Assembly: GCA_034433515.1 (NCBI GenBank)
Contig: DAOUAL010000102.1
Span: 64,556 to 128,555, forward strand
DNA: 64,000 bases
DNA from: Anaerolineae bacterium
Lineage (GTDB): Bacteria > Chloroflexota > Anaerolineae > UBA4142
Direction of reading: 5' to 3'
Part shown: piece after piece, positions 18,239 to 27,338 of the stretch
Layout: every line of letters begins with the position of its first letter
Numbering within the stretch: the first letter of the stretch is position 1
Notes under the pieces: model-generated
Seen by the model: the letters and a program-made list of their open reading frames with translations, nothing else
What the model was told of the DNA's origin: nothing
Database searches by the model: none
Position numbers and translations under genes: made by a program

Positions 18239-19516
18239 TCAATAATCGTGCACCTGGTTCGGATCCACCAGCGAGTGATGGTGCGCCAAGCGAACCATTC
18301 GCCCACCCCTCCCAAGTTCGATGGCAATCACTTGGTCATCCATCCACCAATACGAAGCTGGGTCACCATCGAAATAGGATACCAGTGCCCAGCCGGGCCG
18401 TTGAACGGCGCGCCCCGAAAAGTGCATGCCACAGCCATCGCAATGGGTAAAGTCAATGGGCCAGAGAGGGGTAATGATGCCAGTCGCCAAGTCAAGCATG
18501 GCGATGTTGTCTGTGTCAATGTCCTGATAAACCAAGACCTCGCGCCCTTGCGCATCGAGAGCCACGTCACTGTGACCGACAATGCGCAGCAAACCACGGC
18601 CGTTCTTCAGATTGCGATCATAGACCATCAAGCCACAGAGATTTGCCTCCCCGCCCAATTTCCCATAATCGCAGTAATCGTCATGATAAGCGAGGAAATA
18701 GTTTCCCAAGGGACTAAGGGTCACGGTGTCAACGCTCATCGGACGCGGCAGATCGCGCTTGGCGATCACGCGGTCTGCTTGGCGGTCGTACACCAGAAAG
18801 GCGATCGTATTCCAATCTTGGTCTTGCGCCATCAAGCCCCAGTAGCGACTGTCTATCGAAGGACTGCCTTCGTAGCGCGTCCACACAGCGGCGAGTTTCT
18901 TGCCCGGCAAATCGGCAGCGAAATCATGCACCACACTTTGCTGTTTATGGTCGAGGTGGTAAGCCATCAAGCGTGTGCCATCGGAATAGTAGAGCAACTG
19001 GGGGTTCGCCGCATCCCAGCGCGGGTCTGTCTCAAGAGGTACCTGCATGAGTGGCTGCAATGTCTGCGCATCGTACACGTACCAGGTCGCTTCGAGACCT
19101 CGGACGAGCAGGCGGCTGCCATCGGCGTTGAACGATTGTACACGCGAGTACTCGTTCTTCATGCCCGTGGAGCGATCGTCTTTGGATACATCGGTCTTGC
19201 GGTCTGTGACACGCACAAGGCAGGTCCCAAAGATGGGATCGCGAAAAGGCACACGCGCTTTCGGTTCTGCCAAGGTTAGGGGCTGGCGAACTTGGAAATC
19301 AGTGATGAATCGTGTTGGTTGGTCCGAACAGAAGGACACCGTGTTACGGGGAGTTGGGGGAATCTGAAACTGACCGGCTGAAACACTGCTCGGGAGGAGT
19401 GGTGTGGCAGTGACAATCCAAGGAGTTGGCGTGGGCACCGGTGAGGGTGCCAAGCAACCGATCAGTGCGGTCAGCGCGGTGGCAGCCATGAAGCAAAAGG
19501 TATTTGTGTTTTTCAT
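18239..19516 (-). CDS. Lipoprotein, probably beta-propeller type; ends at an in-frame TGA, with 43 further in-frame codons to 18107
   Basis: The real start is ATG 19516 (MKNTNTFCFMAATALTALIGC, lipobox), not the track start 19849. The body has repeated strand-like segments. Past the TGA, the same frame reads AEPHASTNPDLTRILFTSNWGRSGTGEVEMFLIELPLDW. Confidence 0.7.
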   Translation of the reverse strand: MKNTNTFCFMAATALTALIGCLAPSPVPTPTPWIVTATPLLPSSVSAGQFQIPPTPRNTVSFCSDQPTRFITDFQVRQPLTLAEPKARVPFRDPIFGTCLVRVTDRKTDVSKDDRSTGMKNEYSRVQSFNADGSRLLVRGLEATWYVYDAQTLQPLMQVPLETDPRWDAANPQLLYYSDGTRLMAYHLDHKQQSVVHDFAADLPGKKLAAVWTRYEGSPSIDSRYWGLMAQDQDWNTIAFLVYDRQADRVIAKRDLPRPMSVDTVTLSPLGNYFLAYHDDYCDYGKLGGEANLCGLMVYDRNLKNGRGLLRIVGHSDVALDAQGREVLVYQDIDTDNIAMLDLATGIITPLWPIDFTHCDGCGMHFSGRAVQRPGWALVSYFDGDPASYWWMDDQVIAIELGRGGRMVRLAHHHSLVDPNQVHDY

Positions 19517-19625
19517 TTTGCCTCTTTGAAAACAGGACACCCTTCGAATATGGATTGAAGATTTTCTGTGCGTGGTGAGAGATGCCGAGGACAGAGTTGC
19601 AATCTCTGCTCTCGCGTGGCACACT

Positions 19626-20783
19626 CTATGGCGGAATTTTTTCCCCGTACGAATTGTTCCCAGGTTTCGGATCAAACGTGTACGTAATGGTACAACTGAC
19701 ATAGTACTTGAACTGATTCGTGTTGATCGAGATTTTGGTATCGTACGCCCCTGTCTGTCCAGCCTTGAGATTGATCGTGATCGTACCGGTGGAACCACTA
19801 GCCGAGCTTGAACCGCCTCCGATGGGTTGATGTTCTTCACTACAAGCAAATGGCACTGATGTGTTCGTTAACGCGTCTGGTCCGTGATTAGTAACGCGAA
19901 AGAACACTTTCCCTTGCGGCAATGTTTCTGGGAAAATGTCGGTGACCTGAAGATCGGCACTGATGAGATGCGCTATGATAGGAGTTGGGGTAGCCGACGG
20001 AATAGCAGGGAGAGGCGTAATGGCAAAACCTGTAACATTGACCGTCACTTGCTTGGTCACCGAGCCACCACAGCCCGTGGCGGTCAGCGTGTACGTTGTC
20101 GTCTTGACGGGCTTGACTGTCATCGAACCGGGGGTTGCGACGCCGCCGATACCTTGATCAATGGATGCGCTGATTGCGTTGCTAACTGCGCCCCAGCTCA
20201 AGGTTGTGGACTGCCCCGCCGCGATCGAACTTGGGTTTGCGGTGAAGAATGCGATCACCGGCGCGCCAGGACAGCCGGGGGATGTTGTGGGGGGAGGTGC
20301 CGAGGAACTACTTGGCGGTGGTAGCGCCGCTCCACTTTCCACCTTGATCACAACTTCGCGTCGAACGACGGTTTTACCGGTGTCCACATTCAGAAAGTAA
20401 AGCATGGTCTCCTTGGGACAAACTTGCTGCAGTCCGGCAGGATTGACCTTCTGCCCATTCAGATCCACCCCAAAAAAGCCGCTGCCTTGAATATTCCACT
20501 GCAGGGTGGCGCATTCGCCAGGTTGCAAGTTGGTGCGGTTAGCCGTGAAACTGATTTGCAGTTCCCCGGGTATGTTTTGCGGGGGTTGTTCCAATGGTTG
20601 CCCCGGCGGGGGCTGGGGTGAGAGTTGCAACGGTGGTGGCAGTTGATCAGGCGCCGGCGTCGGGGTGACGATCCATGGCGTTTGCGTTGGTACGTTTGGC
20701 GGCATACCAAGATAGTTGCACCCAAGCGAGCCCAGCAATGCGAGAACTGTATAAACGCCCAGAAGAAACGTCGAGTGTTTCAT
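19626..20783 (-). CDS. Secreted multi-domain lipoprotein (Ig-like/CARDB-like repeats)
   Basis: MKHSTFLLGVYTVLALLGSLGC lipobox and Pro-rich linkers. Domains end ...TTTYTLTATGCGG and DLQVTDIF...VFFRVTNHG. Its start overlaps the upstream ORF stop (ATGA). Confidence 0.7.
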   Translation of the reverse strand: MKHSTFLLGVYTVLALLGSLGCNYLGMPPNVPTQTPWIVTPTPAPDQLPPPLQLSPQPPPGQPLEQPPQNIPGELQISFTANRTNLQPGECATLQWNIQGSGFFGVDLNGQKVNPAGLQQVCPKETMLYFLNVDTGKTVVRREVVIKVESGAALPPPSSSSAPPPTTSPGCPGAPVIAFFTANPSSIAAGQSTTLSWGAVSNAISASIDQGIGGVATPGSMTVKPVKTTTYTLTATGCGGSVTKQVTVNVTGFAITPLPAIPSATPTPIIAHLISADLQVTDIFPETLPQGKVFFRVTNHGPDALTNTSVPFACSEEHQPIGGGSSSASGSTGTITINLKAGQTGAYDTKISINTNQFKYYVSCTITYTFDPKPGNNSYGEKIPP

Positions 20784-20992
20784 CTTTCATCCTCCTTTGT
20801 TTCCGATGCAGTAACAAACCGCTGAATAAAAATGATCAATTGACGCATCTCGAAAAAAGTTACTCCTTCGCCGCTTGGCAAATGTTCGACGCGACCACGC
20901 CATCGCGTATTGGACGGGGATTCGTTTTCTGACCATTCCCACCAAAAGCGGACCACAAATATATTCTGCGGCGGTTCAGCCGGGCTGAGCAT
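20780..20992 (-). CDS. Small (70 aa) hypothetical protein with a W-rich N-half and a WRGRVEHLPSGEGVTFFEMRQLIIFI motif
   Basis: ATG 20992 is preceded by GGGAGG. The track start at 21028 is a TTG inside the terminator hairpin. The gene is translationally coupled (ATGA) to the downstream lipoprotein gene. Confidence 0.5.
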   Translation of the reverse strand: MLSPAEPPQNIFVVRFWWEWSENESPSNTRWRGRVEHLPSGEGVTFFEMRQLIIFIQRFVTASETKEDER

Positions 20993-21006
20993 AGGTTCCT
21001 CCCAGA

Positions 21007-21036
21007 ACAAAAAAACTGCTTTTTGCAAAGCAGTTT
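21007..21036 (-). terminator. Rho-independent terminator directly after the SARP-family regulator gene
   Basis: Minus strand reads AAACTGCTTT-gcaa-AAAGCAGTTT followed by TTTTTTG. Confidence 0.65.
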
Positions 21037-21059
21037 ACCATCACCGTATCAAAAATTTA

Positions 21060-23828
21060 TCACAACGAAAAAAGCTTCAACCGCGCTCGTGCATCCTCCT
21101 CCACCCACCGATAGCCGATCTCTTGCGCCAGCGCCAGTGCATCGTGGTAATACCGCTCTGCCTCTTCGACCCTTCCGCGCGCATGGCAGACGTCGCCGAG
21201 ATGAATGAGCGTTCGACCGACGGCAAACTGATTTCCCAACGCGCGATTGATCTCTAACGATTGCTCAAGAATCATTTGCGCCTGTTCGCCATCGTTCCAC
21301 TGCTTGAGGATGAACCCAAGTTGCAGCAAACTCCATCCCTCTAACACTCGATCGCCCAACGCGCGTGCCTCATCCAGAGCGGACTGCGCGTATTCCAACC
21401 CACACGCCGGATCACCCAAGCGCGCCCACGCCAACGCCAAGGCATAGGGCGACTGCACAACAAGTGCTCGATTGTCTTGTTGCCGCGCGAGAGCCAGCGC
21501 GCTTTCAGCGAGCCGGCGCGCCTCGTCAAGTTGGCTTGGATAGTGGAACCAAAAACGGCGCAGGCGCGCTTGGGTACGCCGCGCCTTGTCGTCGAGCGCG
21601 TCTGCCAACTCGATCAATAGCTGTTGCGCGGTTGCCTGTTCCGCGCGACGCGCCAGAACATCGAGCGCTTGTTCGCGACCCAGAAGCAAATCGAAACGCC
21701 GTTCACGAAAGGCGCGCTCTCCCAATGTTGCTGTGCCAAGACGCTCCAGCCAATGCAAAGCGGTGTCATAGTGCTGTTCCACTTCGCTCGCCGCGCAGAG
21801 ACGCCAGGCATGTTGAGCCGCGCGCTCTGAATAGTACAGTGCCTTGTCGCCAATCTCAGCGCGATCAAAATGATGTGCCAAAACACCGAACAAGTCTGGG
21901 CGTTGCTCTCCATACAGACGCTCGATCGCTTCACCCAACAAACGATGCAGACGTTGCTGTCGCCGATGATGCAGACTGGCATACACGATCTGATGAATCA
22001 ATGAATGTTCAAATTCATAATCATGCGCTCCGCCCCCCGCGCCCTCGCGTAAGAATCTTGTGCGCAGCAGTTCATCAATTGCCACAAGGGCAGTTTCCTC
22101 CTCGGCGCCACTAGCACGCAAGACAGGTTCAAAATCGAACCCACGCCCAGCCACAGCGGCATAGGCGACAAATTCGCGCGCGGGTGCACTCAAACGCTCA
22201 AGCCGCGCGCGGATCAATGCGCGCACCGTGTTGGGCACCGGTAGGATTGTGCCGCGCCGGGGAAAGGCATCCAATTCGCGCAGCGTTTCGATCAGGAAAA
22301 GCGGGTTGCCTTCGGTGTGCAGATACAATTGTCTTGCGCAATCGGCTTCCACGTTCATACGCAGGCGTCGCACCAACTCGTCCACCGCATCTGCCGAAAG
22401 AGGCACCAGAGGGAGTTGTTGGGCAAGACCTTCACGGGCAAGTTGCACTTGCATCGTCATCAGTGGATGCCTCTCACTGATTTCTTCTGGGCGGATTGTG
22501 CCGACGATCAACACGCGCGCGTCGCCGATCTGGTGTGCTAGATAATCGAGTGCGGCAATAGTGGAATCGGTTGCCCAGTGTAAATCTTCCAGAATGATCA
22601 GGATGGGGGTGTGTAAAGCGAAACGGCGGACGAGGGTGGCAAGCGCGTGTAAAAGCGGCGCCGTCGTGGGGGGAGACAGAGGGACTGGGTGCTCTCCTCC
22701 GAGTTCCGGGAGCAAGCGCGCAATCTCGTCAAGTGCCCATGGAGGTAATGCCAACACATCACGCGGCTTGTTCAGCGCAAGCAAGCCGCGCACAATATCG
22801 GCAATCGGCTGATACGCAACAATCCGTGTGGGCTCGTAGCAGTGCGCACGCGCGATGGCTCCACCATGCCAGCGCACCGTTGTGGCGAACTCTTCGCACA
22901 AGCGCGTTTTGCCAATGCCTGCCTCGCCTTCGATCCAGACCACACCTCCTCTGCCCTGTGATGCCTGCTCCCATCGGGCGATCAGGGCGTTCAGTTCCGG
23001 CGCGCGTCCGACGAACGGCGGTTGTTCGAGATTGGCGTGTCGTGTTCGAGTTGGTGCAACGGTGGATTGAATATGCAAGGGGATGGCAAAATGTGTGCCT
23101 AGGAGGTCTTTGGCTTGCTGGAGCATTTTGGGAGAAGGTTGTGCATGTAATTCTTGCTGCCGCGCCTCGCAGTAGAATTGCCACTGACGTCGCGCGCCGG
23201 TCAAATTGCCCAACTGAGCAAACGCGCGCATCGCCGCGAGGTGAATGTTTTCCTGAAGCGAATCACGCGCGAGGTATTTTGAGGCGTATTCCAGCGTGGA
23301 GGTAGCATCGTTCTGTTCCTCGCACCAGATGACCAATCGGCTTAGGGTGGCAAGATACAGCGCTTCCAAACGATAACGTTCTTCGAGGCACCAATCATCG
23401 TAGAAACCTTCCAAGAGATCGCCGCGATACAATTCGATGGCGGATTTCAGATTGCCGATGGCGGATGATCCATGCGCAAGTCTTTCAAATTCGGCGGTAT
23501 CGAGCCAGAATGGGCTGGCAGGATTGAATTGAATCGAGGTCGAGTCGGTGAAAAGATATTCGTCGCTGGCAAGAAGCCGCCGAATGCGCCACAGGGCGGT
23601 GGCAAAGGAATGGCGCGCGTGGACGTCGTCCTGATCGCCCCAGAAGAGTGTGGCAAGTTTATCGCGCGAATGAGGTTGGTCGCGGTTCAAGATGAGGTAG
23701 GCAAGAAGCGACTGTGCCTTGTGCGTGGCAAGGGGTGGTAGCAAGCCACCGCCGCGACGAAATTCCGGAAATCCAAACAAACGAATTTCTAGACGAGACA
23801 GGCGTTTTGCCATAGGCGGTGATCTCAT
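21060..23828 (-). CDS. SARP/AfsR-like regulator: winged-helix + BTAD, AAA ATPase, C-terminal TPR region
   Basis: 922 aa with RBS GGAGGAG 5 nt upstream. N-terminus LEIRLFGFPEFRRGG...KAQSLLAYLILN...ELYRGDLLEGFYDDWCLEERYRLEALY (BTAD). Walker A GEAGIGKTRL and Walker B ILIILEDLHWA. The C-terminal part is TPR-like and Ala/Leu-rich. Confidence 0.85.
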   Translation of the reverse strand: MRSPPMAKRLSRLEIRLFGFPEFRRGGGLLPPLATHKAQSLLAYLILNRDQPHSRDKLATLFWGDQDDVHARHSFATALWRIRRLLASDEYLFTDSTSIQFNPASPFWLDTAEFERLAHGSSAIGNLKSAIELYRGDLLEGFYDDWCLEERYRLEALYLATLSRLVIWCEEQNDATSTLEYASKYLARDSLQENIHLAAMRAFAQLGNLTGARRQWQFYCEARQQELHAQPSPKMLQQAKDLLGTHFAIPLHIQSTVAPTRTRHANLEQPPFVGRAPELNALIARWEQASQGRGGVVWIEGEAGIGKTRLCEEFATTVRWHGGAIARAHCYEPTRIVAYQPIADIVRGLLALNKPRDVLALPPWALDEIARLLPELGGEHPVPLSPPTTAPLLHALATLVRRFALHTPILIILEDLHWATDSTIAALDYLAHQIGDARVLIVGTIRPEEISERHPLMTMQVQLAREGLAQQLPLVPLSADAVDELVRRLRMNVEADCARQLYLHTEGNPLFLIETLRELDAFPRRGTILPVPNTVRALIRARLERLSAPAREFVAYAAVAGRGFDFEPVLRASGAEEETALVAIDELLRTRFLREGAGGGAHDYEFEHSLIHQIVYASLHHRRQQRLHRLLGEAIERLYGEQRPDLFGVLAHHFDRAEIGDKALYYSERAAQHAWRLCAASEVEQHYDTALHWLERLGTATLGERAFRERRFDLLLGREQALDVLARRAEQATAQQLLIELADALDDKARRTQARLRRFWFHYPSQLDEARRLAESALALARQQDNRALVVQSPYALALAWARLGDPACGLEYAQSALDEARALGDRVLEGWSLLQLGFILKQWNDGEQAQMILEQSLEINRALGNQFAVGRTLIHLGDVCHARGRVEEAERYYHDALALAQEIGYRWVEEDARARLKLFSL

Positions 23829-24231
23829 GCTGGCTCCTCCGATGGGCTATACCTGCTTGCTCGGACGATCCTGAACCGCTTCCGCCAGATGCGATGTTTC
23901 GATTGTGTCGCTGCCCGCGAGTGCTGAACCGAGAAGATCAATGGCAATTTGGCTCAGGGCGATCGAATCCGCTTGCCCGATCTCCCTCTCCTGATCCACA
24001 ACCAAGCAATAGGAATCAACAAACCTGGCTTCGTCCCAGGACGACCTGGTTAAAGAGAAAGATGCAAAAGAAGAGAATGCCATACCCCAGCCCACTGCAC
24101 GAACATCCTTTGCCAAACCCAAAGTTGCGTTGTAGCCAATCGAATAGGGTGTTGAGCAAAAACAATTCAAGCAAGCCCCGCAAGCACCCTTGACGATTAT
24201 CGCGCATTGTTACACTCCTTGATAAAAGACC

Positions 24232-24273
24232 AAGGACGGAAGACACCGCCTAAAACCTTCGTCTTCCGTCCTT
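24232..24273 (-). terminator. Hairpin terminating the nuo operon
   Basis: 13-bp perfect arms AAGGACGGAAGAC / GTCTTCCGTCCTT with a 16-nt loop, ~20 nt after the nuoN stop. On the minus strand it is followed by GGTCTTTTAT. Confidence 0.5.
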
Positions 24274-24291
24274 CGTCATTCGTCGTGATTT

Positions 24292-25761
24292 CTATCTCAC
24301 CACCGCAAACATCTGCATAGACCACGCTGCCAAGTTCAACAACGGTTCAGGATAGAGCGCGAACCCAAACACAAACGCCGCCGTAACCACGAGAGATAAA
24401 GTAACGAGTGGCGCAACGCGAATAGGCGTGGCATCTTTGGGTGCTTCAAAGAATGCTTGGCGCACAATGCCAAAGTAGTAGAAAACACTAATGACACTGT
24501 TGATCACGCCAATCACGGCAAGGTACAAGAACCCTTCGCGCAACGCCGCACCGAACACAAAGAACTTGCCGATAAACCCGGCGGTCGGCGGAATGCCGGC
24601 GAGCGAGAGGAAAAAGATCACAAAGAGCGCGGCAACGAGTGGTGCACGCTTGATCAACCCCGCATACTCTGGAATCTCAACGATGCCTGTAGCGTTCTCG
24701 ATTGCGATGACGCAGATGAAAGCACCTAGATTGGTGAACAAGTAGGCAAACAGATAAATCAAGATGCCATTCAAGCCGGTGAACGGCGAACTACCACTCA
24801 CGTTCATCGCAACCACGCCAATGAGCATATAGCCGGCTTGCGCAATGGACGAGTACGCCAGCAGACGCTTGACATTCGTTTGACGCAACGCAATGAGATT
24901 CCCCAGCGTCATCGTAATCACCGAAATGAATGCCAGAAGAGGAACCCAGCCCTCTTGGAACGCGGGCAAAGCCGTCATGGCGACGCGAATCAAAGCGGCA
25001 AACCCAACGGCTTTGGGTCCCACAGACAGGAACGCCGTTACGGGTGTGGGCGCACCTTCATAGGCGTCCGGTGCCCATTGATGAAACGGCACGAGCGAAA
25101 TCTTGAAACCCAGCCCAGCAAGCACCAGCGCCGTCGAAACGAACGCGACCATACGCATAGAAGGATCTACGGTTGCGGCGAACGCCTTGGCAATTTCGGT
25201 GAGGTTGAGTGAGCCGGTAGCGCCATACAACAACGAGAGTCCATACAGCATCACCGCGCTCGTAATCGCGCCGTAGAGAAAGTACTTGATCGCCGCTTCG
25301 TTCGATTTCTTGTCTTCACGCAAAAAGCCGGTGAGAAGGTACGACGTGTACGATAGAAATTCAATCGAGAGATAGATCATCAGCAGACTGGCGGAACTTG
25401 CCACCATCGTCATCGCCAGGACGGAGAAGGTAAAGATCGCAAAGAACTCGCCTTTGAACGGGGTGCGATTTTTCAAGTAATCAACGGACACGAGCACGAT
25501 CAAGATACCGGCGATGGCGGCAACCACTTTGAAAAAGAGCGCGAACAAGTCCACCACGTACATCCCGGCAAAGATCGCAATGTTCGATCCCCAGATGTAC
25601 AGTGTTGCCGCGAGTGCGCCAATGAAACCGAGTATCGTCAGCCAGGGCAGCACACCGGAACCCTTTTCGTGCCAGATGAGATCCACGAGCAAGATGAGTA
25701 AGCCAAAAATCGTCAGCACCAGTTCCGGCGAAATCAGAATCAAGGTTTGAATATCAGGCAT
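24292..25761 (-). CDS. nuoN: NADH-quinone oxidoreductase subunit N
   Basis: 489 aa antiporter-like polytopic protein, last gene of the cluster. N-terminus MPDIQTLILISPELVLTIFGLLILLVD. Confidence 0.85.
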   Translation of the reverse strand: MPDIQTLILISPELVLTIFGLLILLVDLIWHEKGSGVLPWLTILGFIGALAATLYIWGSNIAIFAGMYVVDLFALFFKVVAAIAGILIVLVSVDYLKNRTPFKGEFFAIFTFSVLAMTMVASSASLLMIYLSIEFLSYTSYLLTGFLREDKKSNEAAIKYFLYGAITSAVMLYGLSLLYGATGSLNLTEIAKAFAATVDPSMRMVAFVSTALVLAGLGFKISLVPFHQWAPDAYEGAPTPVTAFLSVGPKAVGFAALIRVAMTALPAFQEGWVPLLAFISVITMTLGNLIALRQTNVKRLLAYSSIAQAGYMLIGVVAMNVSGSSPFTGLNGILIYLFAYLFTNLGAFICVIAIENATGIVEIPEYAGLIKRAPLVAALFVIFFLSLAGIPPTAGFIGKFFVFGAALREGFLYLAVIGVINSVISVFYYFGIVRQAFFEAPKDATPIRVAPLVTLSLVVTAAFVFGFALYPEPLLNLAAWSMQMFAVVR

Positions 25762-25790
25762 AGTGTCACCTTGTCAGCTAGTCGCAATGA

Positions 25791-27323
25791 CTATTTGACG
25801 ATTACACCCAGAATGGCAACCGAGATGGTGTTGATGGTGTTCAACACGACGGAAGGCGCAACGCCGATGAGCACCATCAAAAAGAGCAAGGGCGCCAGCG
25901 TGATGACTTCGTACGCTTCTACATCTTTCAAGCCGGCCCATTTCTCGTTCAAGGCGCCGAGCAAAACATTCTGAATGACTTTCCACAACAACATGGCTGC
26001 GCCAAAGACGATGCCCAGTACGCAGATGGCAGCAATGAGCGGCAAACTGGCGAACGCGCCACGGAACACCATAAACTCGCTGATAAAGCCAGCCAAGCCG
26101 GGCAAGCCCAGCGATGCGAGCGAGGCGGTCAACAAGATTGCCCCGTACACCGGAATCTTGGCGCCCAAGCCGCCAAACGAATTCAACGCGCGCGTATGCG
26201 TCCGTTCGTACAAGATGCCGACGATAAAGAACAGCGCGCCGGTGATGACGCCGTGATTGAACATTTGCAACGTTGCGCCATTCAGAGCGATGCTCCGATC
26301 CACCAGTGTGGCTCCGCCGGCGGCTACGGCGGCGGCGATCCCCAGAATCACGTAGCCCATATGGTTCACGGACGAGTACGCGATCAATCGTTTGAAATCG
26401 GTTTGCGCCATAGCAACGAGCGCGCCGTACACAATCGAAATAGTTGCGAGTATCGCGATAAAGACCGCGTTGGCTTGGAACACTTGCGGGAAAATAGGCA
26501 CCAACACACGCACGATCCCGTACGTGCCAAGTTTTAGCAAGATGCCCGCCAGAATGACCGAGCCAGCGGTAGGCGCGGCGGTGTGCGCATCTGGCAACCA
26601 AGTATGGAACGGGAAGAGTGGCACCTTGATGGCGAACGCGATAAAGATCGCCCAGAACGCGAGGGTGGCGAAGAATGGTTCGTTCGCAAAGGGTCGCTTG
26701 GTCGCCAGTTCGACAATATCGAATGTGCCGGGGGTGGTCGCGGTACTCGTGTTGATGTACATCGCAATGATCGCCAAGAGCATCAAGACCGAGCCGGCGA
26801 GTGTGTAGAGAAAGAACTTGATGGAAGAGTAGAGCGGACGGTCTTCGGCATGGCCCCAGATGGCGATGAGAAAGTACATTGGCACCAACCCGACTTCCCA
26901 GAACACGTAAAAGAGGAAAAAGTCGAGCGAGACGAACACGCCGAGCATTCCGACTTCGAGTAGCAAGAACATGAAAAAGAATTCACGCACGCGTTCGTGA
27001 ATCACGCGCGATGAATAGTACAACGAAAGAGTGGTCAATAACGTGGTCAGCCAGACCAAGGGCAGACTCAAGCCGTCCACGCCCACGTGATACCGCACAT
27101 TGATGGTGCTGATCCACATGTACGTTTCTTCAAATTGCATTTGGGCGGAGTTTGGATTGAACATCCAAAACCATAGGTACGAGGCAAGTCCAAGTGGAAT
27201 GAGACTCCACAAGATCGCGAACCACGCGATTGCCTTGTCTTTGCCTTTGGGAAAGAACAAGACCGCGATCGAGCCAACGAGTGGAAAGGCGAGCAAGAGC
27301 GAAAGGTAAGGAATGGTCGTCAT
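25791..27323 (-). CDS. nuoM: NADH-quinone oxidoreductase subunit M
   Basis: 510 aa. Contains FPLVGSIAVLFFP..., FPFHTWLPDAHTAAPTAGSVILAG and AYSSVNHMG. Confidence 0.85.
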   Translation of the reverse strand: MTTIPYLSLLLAFPLVGSIAVLFFPKGKDKAIAWFAILWSLIPLGLASYLWFWMFNPNSAQMQFEETYMWISTINVRYHVGVDGLSLPLVWLTTLLTTLSLYYSSRVIHERVREFFFMFLLLEVGMLGVFVSLDFFLFYVFWEVGLVPMYFLIAIWGHAEDRPLYSSIKFFLYTLAGSVLMLLAIIAMYINTSTATTPGTFDIVELATKRPFANEPFFATLAFWAIFIAFAIKVPLFPFHTWLPDAHTAAPTAGSVILAGILLKLGTYGIVRVLVPIFPQVFQANAVFIAILATISIVYGALVAMAQTDFKRLIAYSSVNHMGYVILGIAAAVAAGGATLVDRSIALNGATLQMFNHGVITGALFFIVGILYERTHTRALNSFGGLGAKIPVYGAILLTASLASLGLPGLAGFISEFMVFRGAFASLPLIAAICVLGIVFGAAMLLWKVIQNVLLGALNEKWAGLKDVEAYEVITLAPLLFLMVLIGVAPSVVLNTINTISVAILGVIVK

Positions 27324-27338
27324 TGAAGAGTTCCTCCG

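Noticed and set aside
23819-24193. 124-aa + strand ORF in the nuo/SARP gap.
   Set aside because: It is Pro/Arg/Ser-rich, has no RBS, and its start overlaps the SARP gene start on the other strand. It is less plausible than the minus-strand small ORFs, which are themselves only flagged.
25774-26601. 275-aa minus-strand ORF overlapping nuoM in another frame, and similar alternative-frame ORFs within nuoL/nuoH (28483-28764, 31023-31487).
   Set aside because: They are Arg/His-rich nonsense translations. The nuoM, nuoL and nuoH frames give continuous polytopic membrane proteins with the conserved motifs.
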